A DNA stretch of 64,000 bases from NCBI GenBank assembly GCA_030704615.1, contig CM060732.1, positions 31,186,001 through 31,250,000 of the forward strand, given 5' to 3'. The notes under the pieces were generated by a model. That model ran no database searches and had not been told where the DNA came from. It saw only the letters and a program-made list of their open reading frames with translations. Shown here one piece after another: positions 24,870 to 38,090 of this stretch; position 1 is the stretch's first letter, and every line of letters begins with the position of its first letter. The position numbers and the translations under genes are program-made. The DNA is from Takakia lepidozioides (lineage: Eukaryota; Plantae; Bryophyta).

Positions 24870-27497
24870 GTGTTTGTTGTATCTCTTGGGGATGTAGGGT
24901 GGTGGCAGCTTCTTGTTTTTGTTGTCATCACTGTCTGGTTGCTCCTGTGGTTCCTGAGTGGGCCAGCTTTAATCATTAGGGTGTTCTGCTATTCCGTCCC
25001 CACGGTCGCCCTGCTACCCATTAACCAATTAACAGCTTGCGTCCCCGTTTCTCTGAAAGGGTGGTCTTTGTCCAAGACCAATGTTGAAAAATGGTCTTTC
25101 GTCTGGCGCCATGCTTCAGCATATAGTGGTCTGTTCGTATATGCTGAAGTGCCTGTGACTCTCTCTGGTGGCTGGAATTTGGGTAATTCCCAGTGAGTAT
25201 CTTTTTCCATACTCTCGTAGTGCTGCCAGCTTCCCCTCATTGTCACAAACATCCGGTACAAGTAACTGCCAATATAAAAACTTGGGCAGCCCATTACAAC
25301 GTCTACTGCCAGGGTAGGATTAATCTTCAATTGCCCCACTGTCCACATGTAAGCGACCAGCTCCTTGTACTCCAGGGGAGCCTGGCGCCAAAATTCAACC
25401 AATTCTGTCCCTTACCATGTCTCCTCCTTAGCCAGTGGCCTCATCCTGTATCTCAAATGTATGAGAGTTTGATTGAGCAGATGCAATTGACCCAATGACC
25501 TGTAGGGGGTTAAGGCTTTGAATACCTATTCTAGTACTTCTGGGATTTGGTGGGACTATCATCATTTTAAAGCATTCCTCTGAATACTTTAGTCACTCCC
25601 CATCCTGCTTGCATGGCATGATTTGGAAATCATCCACTGCTACTGAAGTTGATGCCACCAGAACACTTGGTAATGGTACGGGGTTTACCTCATGAGTAGA
25701 TGGCCCTGTTGTGGCCTGTACTAGTGCCTGTTGACTTTGTGGTGATTGTGTTGTTGGTGGTGTTTGTGCTGGTGTTGTTGTTGTTGATTGTATTGGTGCT
25801 TCTTGTTCATGGTCTTGCTCCTCTTGGTCGTCTTCGTCCATGAGCTCATCTTGTTCTGGAATTGGTGGCAGGAATTCCTCGTGAATGTCTGTCACCAACT
25901 TCGTCAATTGACATTTCATTTGTCTTACCATTGCCCTGTTGAGTTTCTTCATTTCCAGTTCACTCCATTCACTCAACCATGCTCGGGCCAAGGCTGCGTC
26001 TGCTGCATTCAGCCCTGCTTGCAATGTCAGCTTTTCCAGTTGTTGTTTCTATTCTTGTTCATTGCCTATTGCAATGTCTCTTTCTGTGGTGGCTGTGAAC
26101 AACCTGCTTTCAACATTTTCCCTTTCCCTCAGTAGTACAGTGTTGCATGAAAGCCACTTGCTTCTCTGGTCTTTGGCAGTCTTCAGCTGCCCCTTGAGTG
26201 TATCCACCTGCTCCTTAAGTGTCTGCACCTGTCCTGTGAGCGTTTCCACCTTTGTCTCTGTTTTTCGAGATCACTCTCTTTCTGCATCGAGGTCGGCTTG
26301 GACATTGCGTGTTTCTTCTCTCTGTCTTTGCCACTTCTGTTCCCACTCGTCTCTGTGTTGTATCAAAGTGTTGTATTGGCAAAGTAAGGTCGTCTTTTGA
26401 TCTTCCAATGATGCGATTGTAACCTCGTGGTTACATATTGTTCTTGTTGTCGCCAATTCCCTCTGGTGTTTTTCTTTGATGTGTTCTAAGATCATGCTAA
26501 GGTTCTCTGGGATCCTTAGCCCTGTCCATGCAAGCCATTACTTGACCCAACGCTTGTATTGTCTGCAAAATTACATTCTGCAGCGTTTCTTCCAAACCTG
26601 TGTCCCATGCTGTTGTATCCAGAACCTGTTGTGCGAGTAGTAATTCCAAGTTGGAATTATTGTCTTGCTACTGCTGACTTTGTGCCTCTTGCACCACCTG
26701 CTGTTGCTGCACCACTATGGCTCCCTCCTCTGTTCCTGGTTGTGTGGCCTCTGCAGGTGTTGTTTGCTAGATTTTGGTGTCAACATGGCTAATTTCCATG
26801 GGTGTTGCTTCATTGGTTTGCGGCTGGTCCCCTCCTTCTGGCTATTGATTCTCTTTTTCTCTCTGCAGTGTGGAATTAGCCGTCGAGTTGAAGATGTTTT
26901 CTTCTATTGCACTCGTGGTTGCTTCGTTGATCCGGGCTCTCTTTGCAAGTCCGCACTCTTCTTCTAATTGTTGTGTTTCTTCCTCTTGACCTGCTGCCGT
27001 GTCATTTCCTTCCTCCTCCATCGTTTCTACCCGTTGCATGATTCCCAACGTCGTTTGCTCTTCGGATGTCAAGTGTATAGTGTGTCGAATCATTTGGAGT
27101 AACAAGGGAGTAACCATGGTAACAGTCGCTTTCTTCTTCTTCTTTGTCAACCTGGTCAATTCTTGGGTTAACTTCTTCAATAAGAAGCATGCCCAATTCA
27201 CGATTTGCCCATTGAGGCAAATCAACACTTGATCGATTAGCTCCTTCGTGCAATAGCTGTGGTTTTGCCCGAGGCAAACCAACGTGCTAAAGTACAACGG
27301 CTATTTTCTTAAAGCCGGGGTTTTTGCTGTGACTGCATCTGTAGCCCTGATCGGCTTGGTTGAGATTCTCAAACAAGTCCGCAAGTACAAACCGCGGAGG
27401 TTTGCCGCTGTGCGCTGGTACGTCCAGACTGGGAAGGTGAAACACTTCCGCCAAGTACTTCTCCGTCAATAGAATCTGTGTGTTACGGACATTTGTG
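24870..27497 (-). pseudogene. Extra 3' ORF of the family-A LTR element (VNWA domain, coiled coil, KEL.A/VMGC domain)
   Basis: ORF fragments 27287-27469, 26842-27297 (LNGQIVNWACFL), 26049-26495 (coiled coil), 24989-25402; directly upstream of PPT. Confidence 0.6.
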
Positions 27498-30010
27498 GGG
27501 GGTTGCTATTCCATGAGCTCATGAGCCCATGAGCGGGCTGATGTCCATTGAGGACTTGCCTGATCTCCAGGATGATCTCGGAACTTCCATGACCTCATCG
27601 GAGTCGGACAGGTTGTGAACAACCCGGTTCTCGCTCATCTTCATTGATGGGTTCGGCTCTGGATTAACTTCGTTGCGGACTTCTCTCTTTGAGGTGCCCA
27701 CTCTCTGATTCACGGATTGTTTCGTGGAAGGCACCAGGATAGAAGGCGCATTTGGCGGGCAAATGAAGTCCCCAACAGCCTTGTATATGATGCTGTCCGA
27801 TGGTGGAATTCGCCATTCCTTGCCATCGCCGAAATCATCGTGGAGCACAACAATACTTTCGACTACAACTCCGTTTGAATCCTTCCTTTCCTCCTCCAAA
27901 AATACCGACCCCGGTTTCAGGTGGTATCGAACGCAGAGATATTTCTCCATAACCCGGCAGATCTCCCCTCTGCACGGAAATATGGCTCTATGCTCGTGAG
28001 GAGGGCAATACACTATAGCGCTATAGCCCCCGCAATTACCCATACGGTGGAGACTGGAGGAGGGGAAAAAACACCACAAAGAGCACGGATTGTGCAAGTT
28101 CGAGGTGAAGCCGGGGAGAGGACAGTAGAGATCGCCGTGGAGTGTGTTGTGCTGAAGGTTGCGGGGCCCAAAGATCGCAGTCTTCTCAAAGCGGCAATGG
28201 CAGACATCAACTCATAAGTTACAATGCCTCTTGCTTTGGAACTTTGAATTTGAAACAGTCGTTTCATTGCCAATTGTCATATTTGTTGCAAATTCTCATT
28301 TCTGTATTGTTTAATGGAAATGTGACATTGCAGGGTGACTGAGAATGCCTTCATTGCCACCAACTTGTCCCATATGCTCTTCCAAGTGAAGGATGTTGGG
28401 AAGCAGGGGGTGCAAGAGTTTGCCAATTCATTCAATGCCGACCTCCTGCGCAAGTCGGAGGCAAAGGCAGACAGAACCTGGTATAGGCTGAGCATGGACG
28501 CCATGGTGGACTACATATTTCGGGTAAAGCTCCTGACTGTTTTGTTCAGCTTATTTGTCTCTCCACCCCCAATAGAAGAAAAGTGTTGACCAGGATTTCT
28601 AATCTTATGTGCGCATTCTTGAGAGACAAAAATTTAGCAGGATTTGGCACATGCGTGGAGGTTGTACATGGAGTCAGAGGAGAAGAAACTAACCATCCCG
28701 GCACTGGAATCGTATCTCAAAGCTATGGAGGCGAAGGCCCGCATAAAGTACAAGTCGCGGATGGTAAAGTGTGTGGCCATAGCTTATCCCGCCCTTGGTG
28801 CCGACTTTCTGGTGGAGGTGGGGAAGCACTACTCCCGCGCTCTGAAGCCCATGATGACATTGGAGAAGCTGCATCATCTAGCCACATCCTGTGTGGATGC
28901 AACAGAAAAGGTTATACATTCTTAACCAAATTGTCGTGGCAACAATTCATTTTTGTGGTGTTTGGCGCTTACTAATATGCTGGGTGGATGGACAGACCCG
29001 GTGGCTCCAAATCTGGAATGGTTCCCAAAGTACAAGGGACATGTGGAGCTTCCCCAAACCCGGCAAACTGTCCGACCCCACATTCGACATGTGGATGAAC
29101 CGCATGACATGGTGGTTTTAGGTACTTTCCCACGCTTCATTTGGGGCTTCTACTCTTGTATTGGATGGATTTATTGTATTTTTTGAGGTAAGCGGTCTGA
29201 TGGAGAATCTCCACAGGTGACGACGAATGCGCAAGAGCAGCTTGACACACAAGCACATCAGTTCAAGCTGGAGATTTCTGGTGAAGCAAAGAGCCTACGT
29301 GACTATGTGACGAGGTACTTTCTGCTCTACAAAACCGACCTATTCTTTCGGGAGATACCACATGCCCGCCGGAGCCACGAGTTCACCGACCAGCCGAACG
29401 CGGACAAAGCGGCAATGCGCCTTCTGTACAGGTACATACGCGTTGCCTTTCTTTTTAGTCCCTACATTTCGGGAATGTAAGAGGCCTTATGTGGCGCATA
29501 TGTTCCTTGGGGTGGCTGGCACCGAAACTGGAAATTCGGCGCCATTTTTCCAGTACCGGGCCCAGTTAGTTCGGCGTCTATTCGGCGTCTATTTTGCAGT
29601 TTCATTCCCTAAAGTTTACCTCTTTCCCGGGACCTCATTCTGTGTGTGTTTCTTGAATGCAGGTACTGCAAGTTCTCCCTTTTGGAAAGGTCATCTGTCC
29701 TTCGAGCCGCCATTCTTCCTCGCATGGAGGAACCCTGGGGCTGACTCCATGTACACTGACGTTATCATGAAGGAGTGGCATCTGGAACATTTGCGCGACT
29801 GCCCTTGGTATGTGGACCTTCCGCCCGGCTCGCTCGACTCATCCGAGTTTCAATTGAAGCTGGATGCTGAGTCCCGACGAAACCGGGCTCCGCTGCCTCC
29901 GCTGGGTCCAAAGGAGGCGAGAGCGCTTGCCAAGTCCAGGAAAGCGGCAGAGCTTGCTCAGGCAGGTATTCAGGAGAAATTGAATGAGAAGAATAAAGGA
30001 CAAAAGAAAA
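27498..30010. mobile_element. Rearranged element D of the MTase-MULE family
   Basis: Terminus GGGGGTTGCTATTCCATGAGC at 27498; 28023-30010 is an internally deleted close copy of cargo exons 18000-21130; second end not found. Confidence 0.75.
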
Positions 30011-30016
30011 TGACAT

Positions 30017-30162
30017 TGATGAACCATGATTTTTGCAAATCATCCCCTGGTGCTTGAGGTAGTTTCCTGATCAGAGTCTTCATTCTCTCCAGGTAGTCGA
30101 CTACCAATTTTTTATTTTTTTGTCTTAGGTTCTGTAATCATGTAAAGATTTCAGACGTGGAT
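30017..30162 (-). repeat. Inverted gag fragment homologous to about 36390-36548
   Basis: Reverse-complement match by eye; abuts partial LTR A. Confidence 0.8.
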
Positions 30163-32263
30163 TAAGCAACCTGCAGAGATGTTGATTCATATGACTACCA
30201 GGGATTAGCTATCTTTCAAATGATTACTCTGTAATCGTTTCAGAATGCATACCGTCGGACAACCTCTGTTGCATGTCTTGGGAAATGGGCTGTAGAGTTG
30301 AGAGCCTATTTTGTTTAAGTCATAAACCAGCGGTTAACATTTGGCGACCATACTGGGAACTAACGGTATGTTGAGTTCAAGTGAACTCAAGGAAGGATGG
30401 CTACTCAGTGATTTCTTGAAATCACAAAAGAACGAGTCAACGGAAGCAGATGAATGGAAAGCATTCCTGAAAAAATTTCATGGCTTACCAGTAGCAATAC
30501 AACAGAAGATCTTTCTTTCAATTGCGTAAGAAGATGACAAATGGGGATTAAAGGAAGGAGTGATCAGTATTACACGATCACCTTGGGAATGTAGAATCAG
30601 AAGTGAAGAATGGTTGTCTCGTCTAGCCTTATTGATTACTCTAATCCCAATCAGAAAAGTTTGCTACACTAGTTATATTTTCAAGGAAGGATGTTCAAAT
30701 TATGAATATTGTCATATGATCATAGAAGCAGTAGAGTACTGGATACCCAAAGACTTGTTACAAGTTAGATACACTGAGAAAGACAAATGATATTATTGTG
30801 CCCATTAAAAGATTGGTGATCAATCAGTAAATGAGAATTAAGTCGTGATACGGATTCTGGCAAGATAGTGTAAATCTTGAAGAAAGGGTAGAGACCACTA
30901 TAATTTTCTTTACTGACATACCAAGGCTTATTAAAGGGTGCTGAAAATGTGATGTGGGAATGAATGAGGAAATTAAGGAAAAAGTTAAGCAAGACAGAGA
31001 TGAAAGAGTAGAGAAATATGTTGCAGAAAGAGAAGCTCGGTTGAGAAAAGAGTTCCCGGAATTACAAAACTTGAATATTATTCAAGGTGAGGCATCAACA
31101 CAAATTGACAGTGATAAACTAGAAGATCAGGAAATCGGATCTTTGGCAAGTGAGAACACTACACCAAAAGGAGTTGCAAGTAATGCACTTGGCGAATGGT
31201 TACCACAAGAAAGATTTGAAGGACCTTCTACAGTAACAAGTCCAAATCGAGGTTTTGCTGAAATATTGGAAGAAAAATTTGAGAATATTCTGAGTGAAGA
31301 AGGTGAAAGAAGTGAAACTACTTCTCCAGAAAGGATAACTAGGACTGCACTCAAAGCTTTTAAAGATTCATTAAGCTTAGTAGGGACAACAGTTGGAAGA
31401 CGACTATCATTGGGACAAGGACTTCCTAGTTTTGAATCATTGTTTGGAAGACAAACACCAACAACACCACTAGCCTTGACAATCCCAACACCAACACAGC
31501 CAGCAGTAGCGGGACCATTCCAGTTTGGACAGCCGGTTGCACCAACAGCACCAATGGCTTTAGCAGCAAGCAAAACCAGACCGCCGTTTCCTTTATATGA
31601 TGGGAAATCTGACCCGGATATCCATCTGGGGGATGCTAGAGTGTGAGCCTAGCCACGTGAGCCTAGGAGCCTGGCGTGAGCCCAGGACACGTGGCATGAT
31701 TTTGGGAAAGATGCGGCGTCTATTTCCGTGGAAGAGGATCCATTACCGCAGAAACACGTCTTCATCCATATTAACCCTGCAACCCCAAACAAAAACCCTA
31801 ACCCTTGTTAGCCTTAGGGACCCACCTCAACCCCGACAGTGAACCTCGCCATCCCGCCCCTATGCATGATACTGCGCACTGACATCATCCATGGGCCATC
31901 CCATGCATGCAACATTCATCCATAGTGTACATCCAATCGGGGTTCATCCATCCAAAAACATTCATCTTCCATCCATCCAACCAAATATTGGTGTGATGGC
32001 ATATGTCGAATGACTGTCTACTGGACTATGCACATATTCATCTCTATTGAAAAACTTTTATTGAATGCAAACGGTTGAATTTGAGAGCAATGATTAGAAT
32101 GAAAACACTTTCAAATTCGCAGGACGCGGGGGAGAGAATGTTTCAATTCAGGGATGTGAATTTCATTGTAGTCCGTGCTCATTACAACGGATGGTGGGAA
32201 GAGAAATGGTGGTGCAACGGAAAACGGAGAGTGTGTCCCCTCATGTTCCATAAATGAATGCCC

Positions 32264-33520
32264 TCAAGTACATCCGTAGGTGGTATCAACACTGCTACTG
32301 CTACCACCTGAAACTGCTGCACTATCATCTATGAAGAGGTGCCTGAGCGTCTTCCTGGAACTCCAACGCAAAGGTAGGGGAGAAAGCACAGCTGCTTGCA
32401 CACGAACAATGTCTTCCGCGTAATCGGGAAGGACATAATTAGGAGGTGGGCTCCAGCACAAGTCCCTCAAGTATATGGAAGACAGGGGCCACGAGAGTAC
32501 GTTCACATTCCTGCAATCAGAAATGCACCATTTGGGTAACAATCAGACAACAGAAGGGGACGCGACAGAGCATATACACAGGGATCAAATAGACAGAAAA
32601 TGAACTTACTCACATGAAAAGTCATTGTCCAGGTCTTTGTCGTCACCGTCGAGGATATCAATTTGCGCAGTGACATCCTTGACATTGGAGGTAGACGCGC
32701 CCCCTTGCAACTCGGCGAGGAGGCCACTAAAAATATCTTCATCTCCTTCCATACCAAACAAGTGCTTGCCATCTACCTTGCAAGCATGGTAAGAAGCGCC
32801 TGCAAGAGACAAATTGAAGGAATTAGAGTTTTAGAATATTGAGTAAAGAAGGTGCAGAAGAAAAGAAATCGATGACAAAGGCAAGAAGAGAAACATGTGC
32901 CAAGAGTGAGATCTATGATGGGGGCCCCTGGCCAAGAACAACTCTCAATGATCGTTTGGATAAAAGCCGGGCTTTTTTCACGGGCCCCTCTCCAAGGCGT
33001 TCCATTTGGCTTTCGCAAACATACGTTGGAATCGACATAGTTGTAGTGCATGTCGTCGACGACAGGATCGAACCTCTCTTTTATGAAACATCATCCCCGT
33101 GAAGCTCGAACTCCACCACTGTGGTGGGAGTCGACAGTGGATGTACCCTCACGAGACAGACGGCCTCAAATAGACGGGTTTGCGATGAAGAGGACAATAA
33201 TTAGTGAGGAATGTTTCATAGCACATCTGGGTGGGAGTGCAGACCCATTCTGGATGGAACTGGTTCAGAGTCATAACTCATGCACCGCCATAACTGAGTG
33301 CGCTGAAACACTCAATTCAGGCAGTGCGAACAGCATGACTTCATAATAGTCAATACAGTGGAACTTCAATAGAGAAGACATAAAAACGAAGTATTTGAAA
33401 CCCACATTCTGCCCTGGGCAATCCCCCTTCGTCAGATATAGGCTGTTGACACAGTTCCAGGTCTTGATAATCCGCATCCCCGAGGCTTTCAAGTAGCTTG
33501 CCAGCTCCCGACGACATCGC
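32264..33520 (-). pseudogene. 3' exons of the beta-class MTase cargo gene (element B)
   Basis: PWRGAREKSPAFIQTIIESCSWPGAPIIDLTLGT|GASYHACKVDGKHLFGMEGD; last exon SPPPNYVLPDY..LFIDDSA matches element A SPERDYILPTY..FVLDSA. Confidence 0.8.
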
Positions 33521-33799
33521 ATCGTGACAGATTGTATGATAACCAAAAAAATTAAAAATTAAAAAGAAAAAAAAATGGTTCCCTCTCCTCCCCCCCCCGG
33601 GAGAACTGAGTGCGTCAACGCACTCAATTTCTTCATGATCATGATTTCAGGATGTCATCGACGACAGGTGCGGGTCCGGATTTTCACCCCGGGTACCCGA
33701 CGGGTTTTGGGGGAAACCCAAACCCGCACCCCCCCCCCCCCCCCCCCCGAGAACTAAGTGCGTCAACACACTCAATTTTTTCATGATCATGATTTCAGG

Positions 33800-34329
33800 A
33801 TGATCATTGACGAACTGGAGATGGGCAAGTTGGAGGACGCCGGCTTTCGTCTGCACTGATCTGTGGCGTTGACTCTTGGTGGCCTTGCTGCTATGGTGCC
33901 TCCTCCAGACGATACTTCGCATCCCACAAGAAGGAATGGCAAAACAGTGCATCAGGTGGCTTCGGGGCCTGATCACGATGCGAAGGTGGAATCGGCCAGA
34001 CTACTTCAGGGTCGGGTAACAGGAACTATGGAAGTACCTTCAACTGGGTATGGACGGGTTTATACTTCACATCTGGGTCTGTTTTGCACGACAAGGCCTA
34101 TCAGGTGACGGTGGGAAATTTTCCGGGGTGTACCTGTCCCGACTTCGAGTGCATGCGTGAGGAAGCTCTAGGAAAGAGAGGGAAATGGGTTCCCTGCAAG
34201 CATCTTTACTACATCTTTTTGCGCAGGATGTATTGTGATCCCAAAAGAGACCAAATCATTCACCAGGCGACACTAGGTCCTGGTGAGGTACGGACACTTT
34301 TGCAGCGAGATATTGGCAATATCGGGTAG
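33800..34329 (+). pseudogene. Transposase C-terminus with SWIM zinc finger (element B)
   Basis: KVESARLLQG..YGRVY; YQVTVGNFPGCTCPDF..KWVPCKHLYYIF..IHQATL homologous to 14596-14790. Confidence 0.85.
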
Positions 34330-34659
34330 TGTTGCATATGTTGCGATTTTTCGCAATGTCGGAAAGGGCTGCCTTGTTTGTAGAACATGTATACACAGTT
34401 CTTAAATCTGGACAAGCAGGCGATGTCTCGTTATGAAATGTAGTTTATTTTTTCATCGGGTTTGGTTAATGAGCCTCTAAAATTGAGTGCGTCAATGCAC
34501 ACCACTTCTGCCCCCACCCCCAATATTGCCCCAGGGCAATTTTTTTTTTGTTTTAAAATTTAAAAAAAAAAAATTTGTTCGAGGGCCTGCCAAACATGGA
34601 CAAGTGTCAGTATGAAAGCTCATTTTATTTTTTGACGGCCTCTACAGAAGCATTGCGTA

Positions 34660-35990
34660 AATGAGCTTCATGATGACCATCTATTTTTTTTTCCATTTCT
34701 TCTTAAATAACAGGCACCTGAACAAGTTTCACAATGACAGCTCATTTGTTTTCCACGTCCTCTATACAAACAACCCTAAATAAGCATTCATGATGACCAT
34801 ATGTTTTTTTTTTCACCTCTTCTTCACAAACAAACCCTAATTTATTCATGATGACATCTGATTTTTTATTCACCTCTTTTTCATCAACAGAAACCTGAAC
34901 AAGATTGACAATGATAGAGCTCAATTTTTTTCACCTCTTCTTCACAAACAAACCCTAAATAAGCATTCATGATGACCATTTGTTTTTTTTTCACCTCTTC
35001 TTCAATAACAGAAACCTGAAGAAGTTTGACAATGGTAGAGCTCAAGTTTTTTTTTCATCTCTTCTTCACAAACAATCCCTAATTTATTCCCTAAATAAGC
35101 ATTCATGATGACCATCTGGTTTTTTTTTCACATCTTCTTCAATAACAGAAACCTGAAGAAGTTTGACAATGATAGAGCTCAACTTTTTTTTTCACCTCTT
35201 CTTCACAAACAAACCCTAAATAAGCATTCATGATGACCATCTAATATTTTTTTCACCTCTTCTTCAATAACAGAAACCTTAACAAGTTTGAGAATGAGAG
35301 CTCAATTTATTCTTCACAAACAAACCCTAAATAAACATTCATAATGACCATCTGATTTTTTTTTTCACCTCTTCTTCAATAACAGAAACCTGAACAAGTT
35401 TGACAATGATAGAGCTTAACTATTTTTCACCTCTTCTTCACAAACAAACCCTATATAAGCATTCATGATGACCATATGATTTTTTTTTCACCTCTTCTTC
35501 AATAACAGAATCCTAAACAAGTTTCACAAGGATAGCTCAATGTTTTTTTTTACCTCTTCTTCACAAACACACCCTAAATAAGCAATCACAATGACCACGT
35601 GTTTTTTTTTCACCTCATCTTCAATAACACAAACCTGAACAAGTTCCACAATAAACCGCTCATTTTGTTACACATCTTCTTCACAAACAAAGCCTAAATA
35701 AGCTTGAAGATGACCATCTGTTTAATTTTCACCTCATCTACATTAACAAAAACCATTGTCTGTTTCACAATGAGGGGTCATATTTTGGGGCCTGTTCTTG
35801 CCCATCCTCATTATTTTTAATATTTCATCCATCCATCATCCATCCACCATGGATGAAATACTGGAAACGTCAGATAGCTTGACAATGAGCATCCAAACTT
35901 TTCTTGCCTCTTGTTCATGCAAGAATCCCTAAATAAGATTCACGATGACTCACCTAGCCTTTTTTTTTCACCTCTTCTTCAATAAGAAAA
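34660..35990. repeat. About 115-120-bp tandem satellite containing AAACCCTAA
   Basis: TTCACCTCTTCTTCACAAACAAACCCTAAATAAGCATTCATGATGACC alternating with TTCACCTCTTCTTCAATAACAGAAACCTGAACAAG; roughly ten units. Confidence 0.9.
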
Positions 35991-37709
35991 CCTCAGTAAG
36001 TTTCACAATGACCATTTCATTCTTTCTATTCTTTTTTTAAGCGCTATAACTGCTTCCACAACAATAGGACCCTCTCTAAACAGAGGACTCGGGTATGGGG
36101 CCTGCTTCTTCCTCCACTAAACCCCTGGGCTCACGCTTAGAGGGCAAAGCGTGAGCCGAGCTCTTGGGCTCACGCGGCTAGGCTCACGCCGTAGCTGCAC
36201 TCTATCCATCTTAATCAATTTGAGAATATGTGCACCATTTACAATGAAGCAACATACCAGGAAAAGATCTGATTATTTCTTTGTTCAATGGCCAGAAAAG
36301 GCATTGACTGGTTGGCAACCTTTCCATCCAATCACTTTGCAAATTGGGCGGATACAAGAGCCGCATTTCAAAGAACGATATAGATCCAACAAATCCACGT
36401 CTGATATCTTCACAGGATTACAGAACTTGAGACAGAAAATAATAATAATAAAAAATTGGTAGTTGACTACCTGGAGAGAATGAAGACTCTGATCAGGAAA
36501 CTACCTCAAGCACCAGGTGACGACTTGCAAAAATCATGGTTCATCAACGGACTTCGTCATGAATATGTAACCATGGTTACAGTCATGCCTAACAACACTT
36601 TGGCTAAAGAAGTAGGAACTGCAAAGAAGAAGACTCTGATGATGAAGAAAAACCCAAGCAAAAGAAGAAAGAAGTGATTGACAAAACACTTTGGATCATA
36701 AGATAACAGAGGCTATCAATAATTTTAAGGATGAAGGGCCACGAAAGACAACATGGTGTCACAAATGCGGGACTGCAGGACACTTGGCAACAGAATGCCA
36801 CATGAAAGACAAATACTCAGTGATATTTGTCATATGAACAATCATAATACCAGCCATTGTATTTACAATCAACGGGCCAAGAAGAGTGGGTACACACGAG
36901 AGGTGAGGGTACACCAAGTCCAAATCCGACAGGGAGGATCGGATGGACCAAGACGATACAAATATGGGTAATCGTTATCAGAGACCGAGATAACTATCCA
37001 CCACGGGATAGAGAACATCAACCTAGAAAGGGCCTAGAAACAAGGAAATCACGAGATGACACTATTGCAAGAAAGAGGGACATTGGAAACATGGATGTCA
37101 GTTGCGAATCAAGCATGAGGCAGAATTGGGAAATATGGAAGCCGGACCAAGTGTAGCCGTGAGTGTGGTAATTCCTGTAGTAGATACCCTTGCGGTAACC
37201 CGAACTCAGGCCAAAAAACAGAAACCTCCAGATAAGGAGATTGAAGAAGAACGAAAACAATATCCAGAAAGTGCAGCATGGCAGGAAGAAAAGAGCTTAC
37301 ACCAGGAGGTAAGCAAAGCCATAGCTCAAATGCAAGAAGGAACCCATATACCTTCTGGAGAGCCAACTCCAGATAATCAAATCAGACCAACGACGAAGAC
37401 CATGTACGCAGCCACGGAAACAGAATTGGCTGAAGTAATCTGCCAGACCAAGACCCAAATTAGCATTGGACAATTATTAAACATTGCTCCACACTGCAAG
37501 AAAACTTTATTTCGGGCAATTGAGGCATTGACCCCTACACCAAAACAAAAACCAACACCAGAAGTTTACATGATTAAACCCACAACTATACAACAAACTC
37601 CAGACTATGACGAAGCAATACCAGTAATACAAGTACGTATGGGACGGAAGCTGATAACGAATGTACTCATCGATGGAGGATCCGGAGTGAATATCATGAC
37701 AGAAAGGAT

Positions 37710-38090
37710 TCTAGGGGGGTCGTGGTAAGTTGCGGTGTAGGTTGGGCTCACTGAACCGCCTATCCGACTACGGTTAGTGCAGGGGGTCCGTGGTCGTACA
37801 TGGTGGCTATGATCACTATCTAAGTCCTACCGGCAAAGAGAAATCACGTACTCCTCTTCATAGGGCGAGTTTGCGATTCTAAGTCCTACGGTATCCTTTA
37901 ATCTACTCAGTAACTGCCTTCCAAGTCTTTGTGTTTTATTGTCTAATTCCTACCGCCTAAGCCCCCGAGCCGCCTATAGCTGGGACATGTTTTAATACCT
38001 TCACAAGACACCTGCCGAGCCTAGGAAGAAGAGGGAAAATATTCCTCTCCCAATGCCCCTCCTTCGCCGAGTGCTTGAGTTCAAGTCTCC
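37710..38090. repeat. Unclassified dispersed repeat (possibly LTR-derived), second copy at about 51970-52360
   Basis: GGGGTCGTGGTAAGT..CGGTTAGTGCA..CCTTCCAAGTCTTTGT..CCTAAGCCCC shared colinearly. Confidence 0.7.

Larger units (their letters stand above)
31628..36202. mobile_element. MULE-like element B (4575 bp, internally deleted): MTase 3' part (-) and SWIM transposase 3' part (+)
   Basis: Ends GGGGGATGCTAGAGTGTGAGCCTAGCC and (reverse complement) GAGTGCAGCTACGGCGTGAGCCTAGCC align without gaps; perfect 9-bp TSD TATCCATCT (31619-31627, 36203-36211). Confidence 0.92.
30160..37710 (+). mobile_element. Family-A Ty3/gypsy 5' half: partial LTR (to 30339), PBS, pre-gag ORF, gag, protease start; split by MULE B
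   Basis: PLYDGKSDPDIHL|NQFENM rejoins across the TSD; zinc knuckles near 36755-36860; protease VLIDGGSGVNIM at about 37660-37700. Confidence 0.88.
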
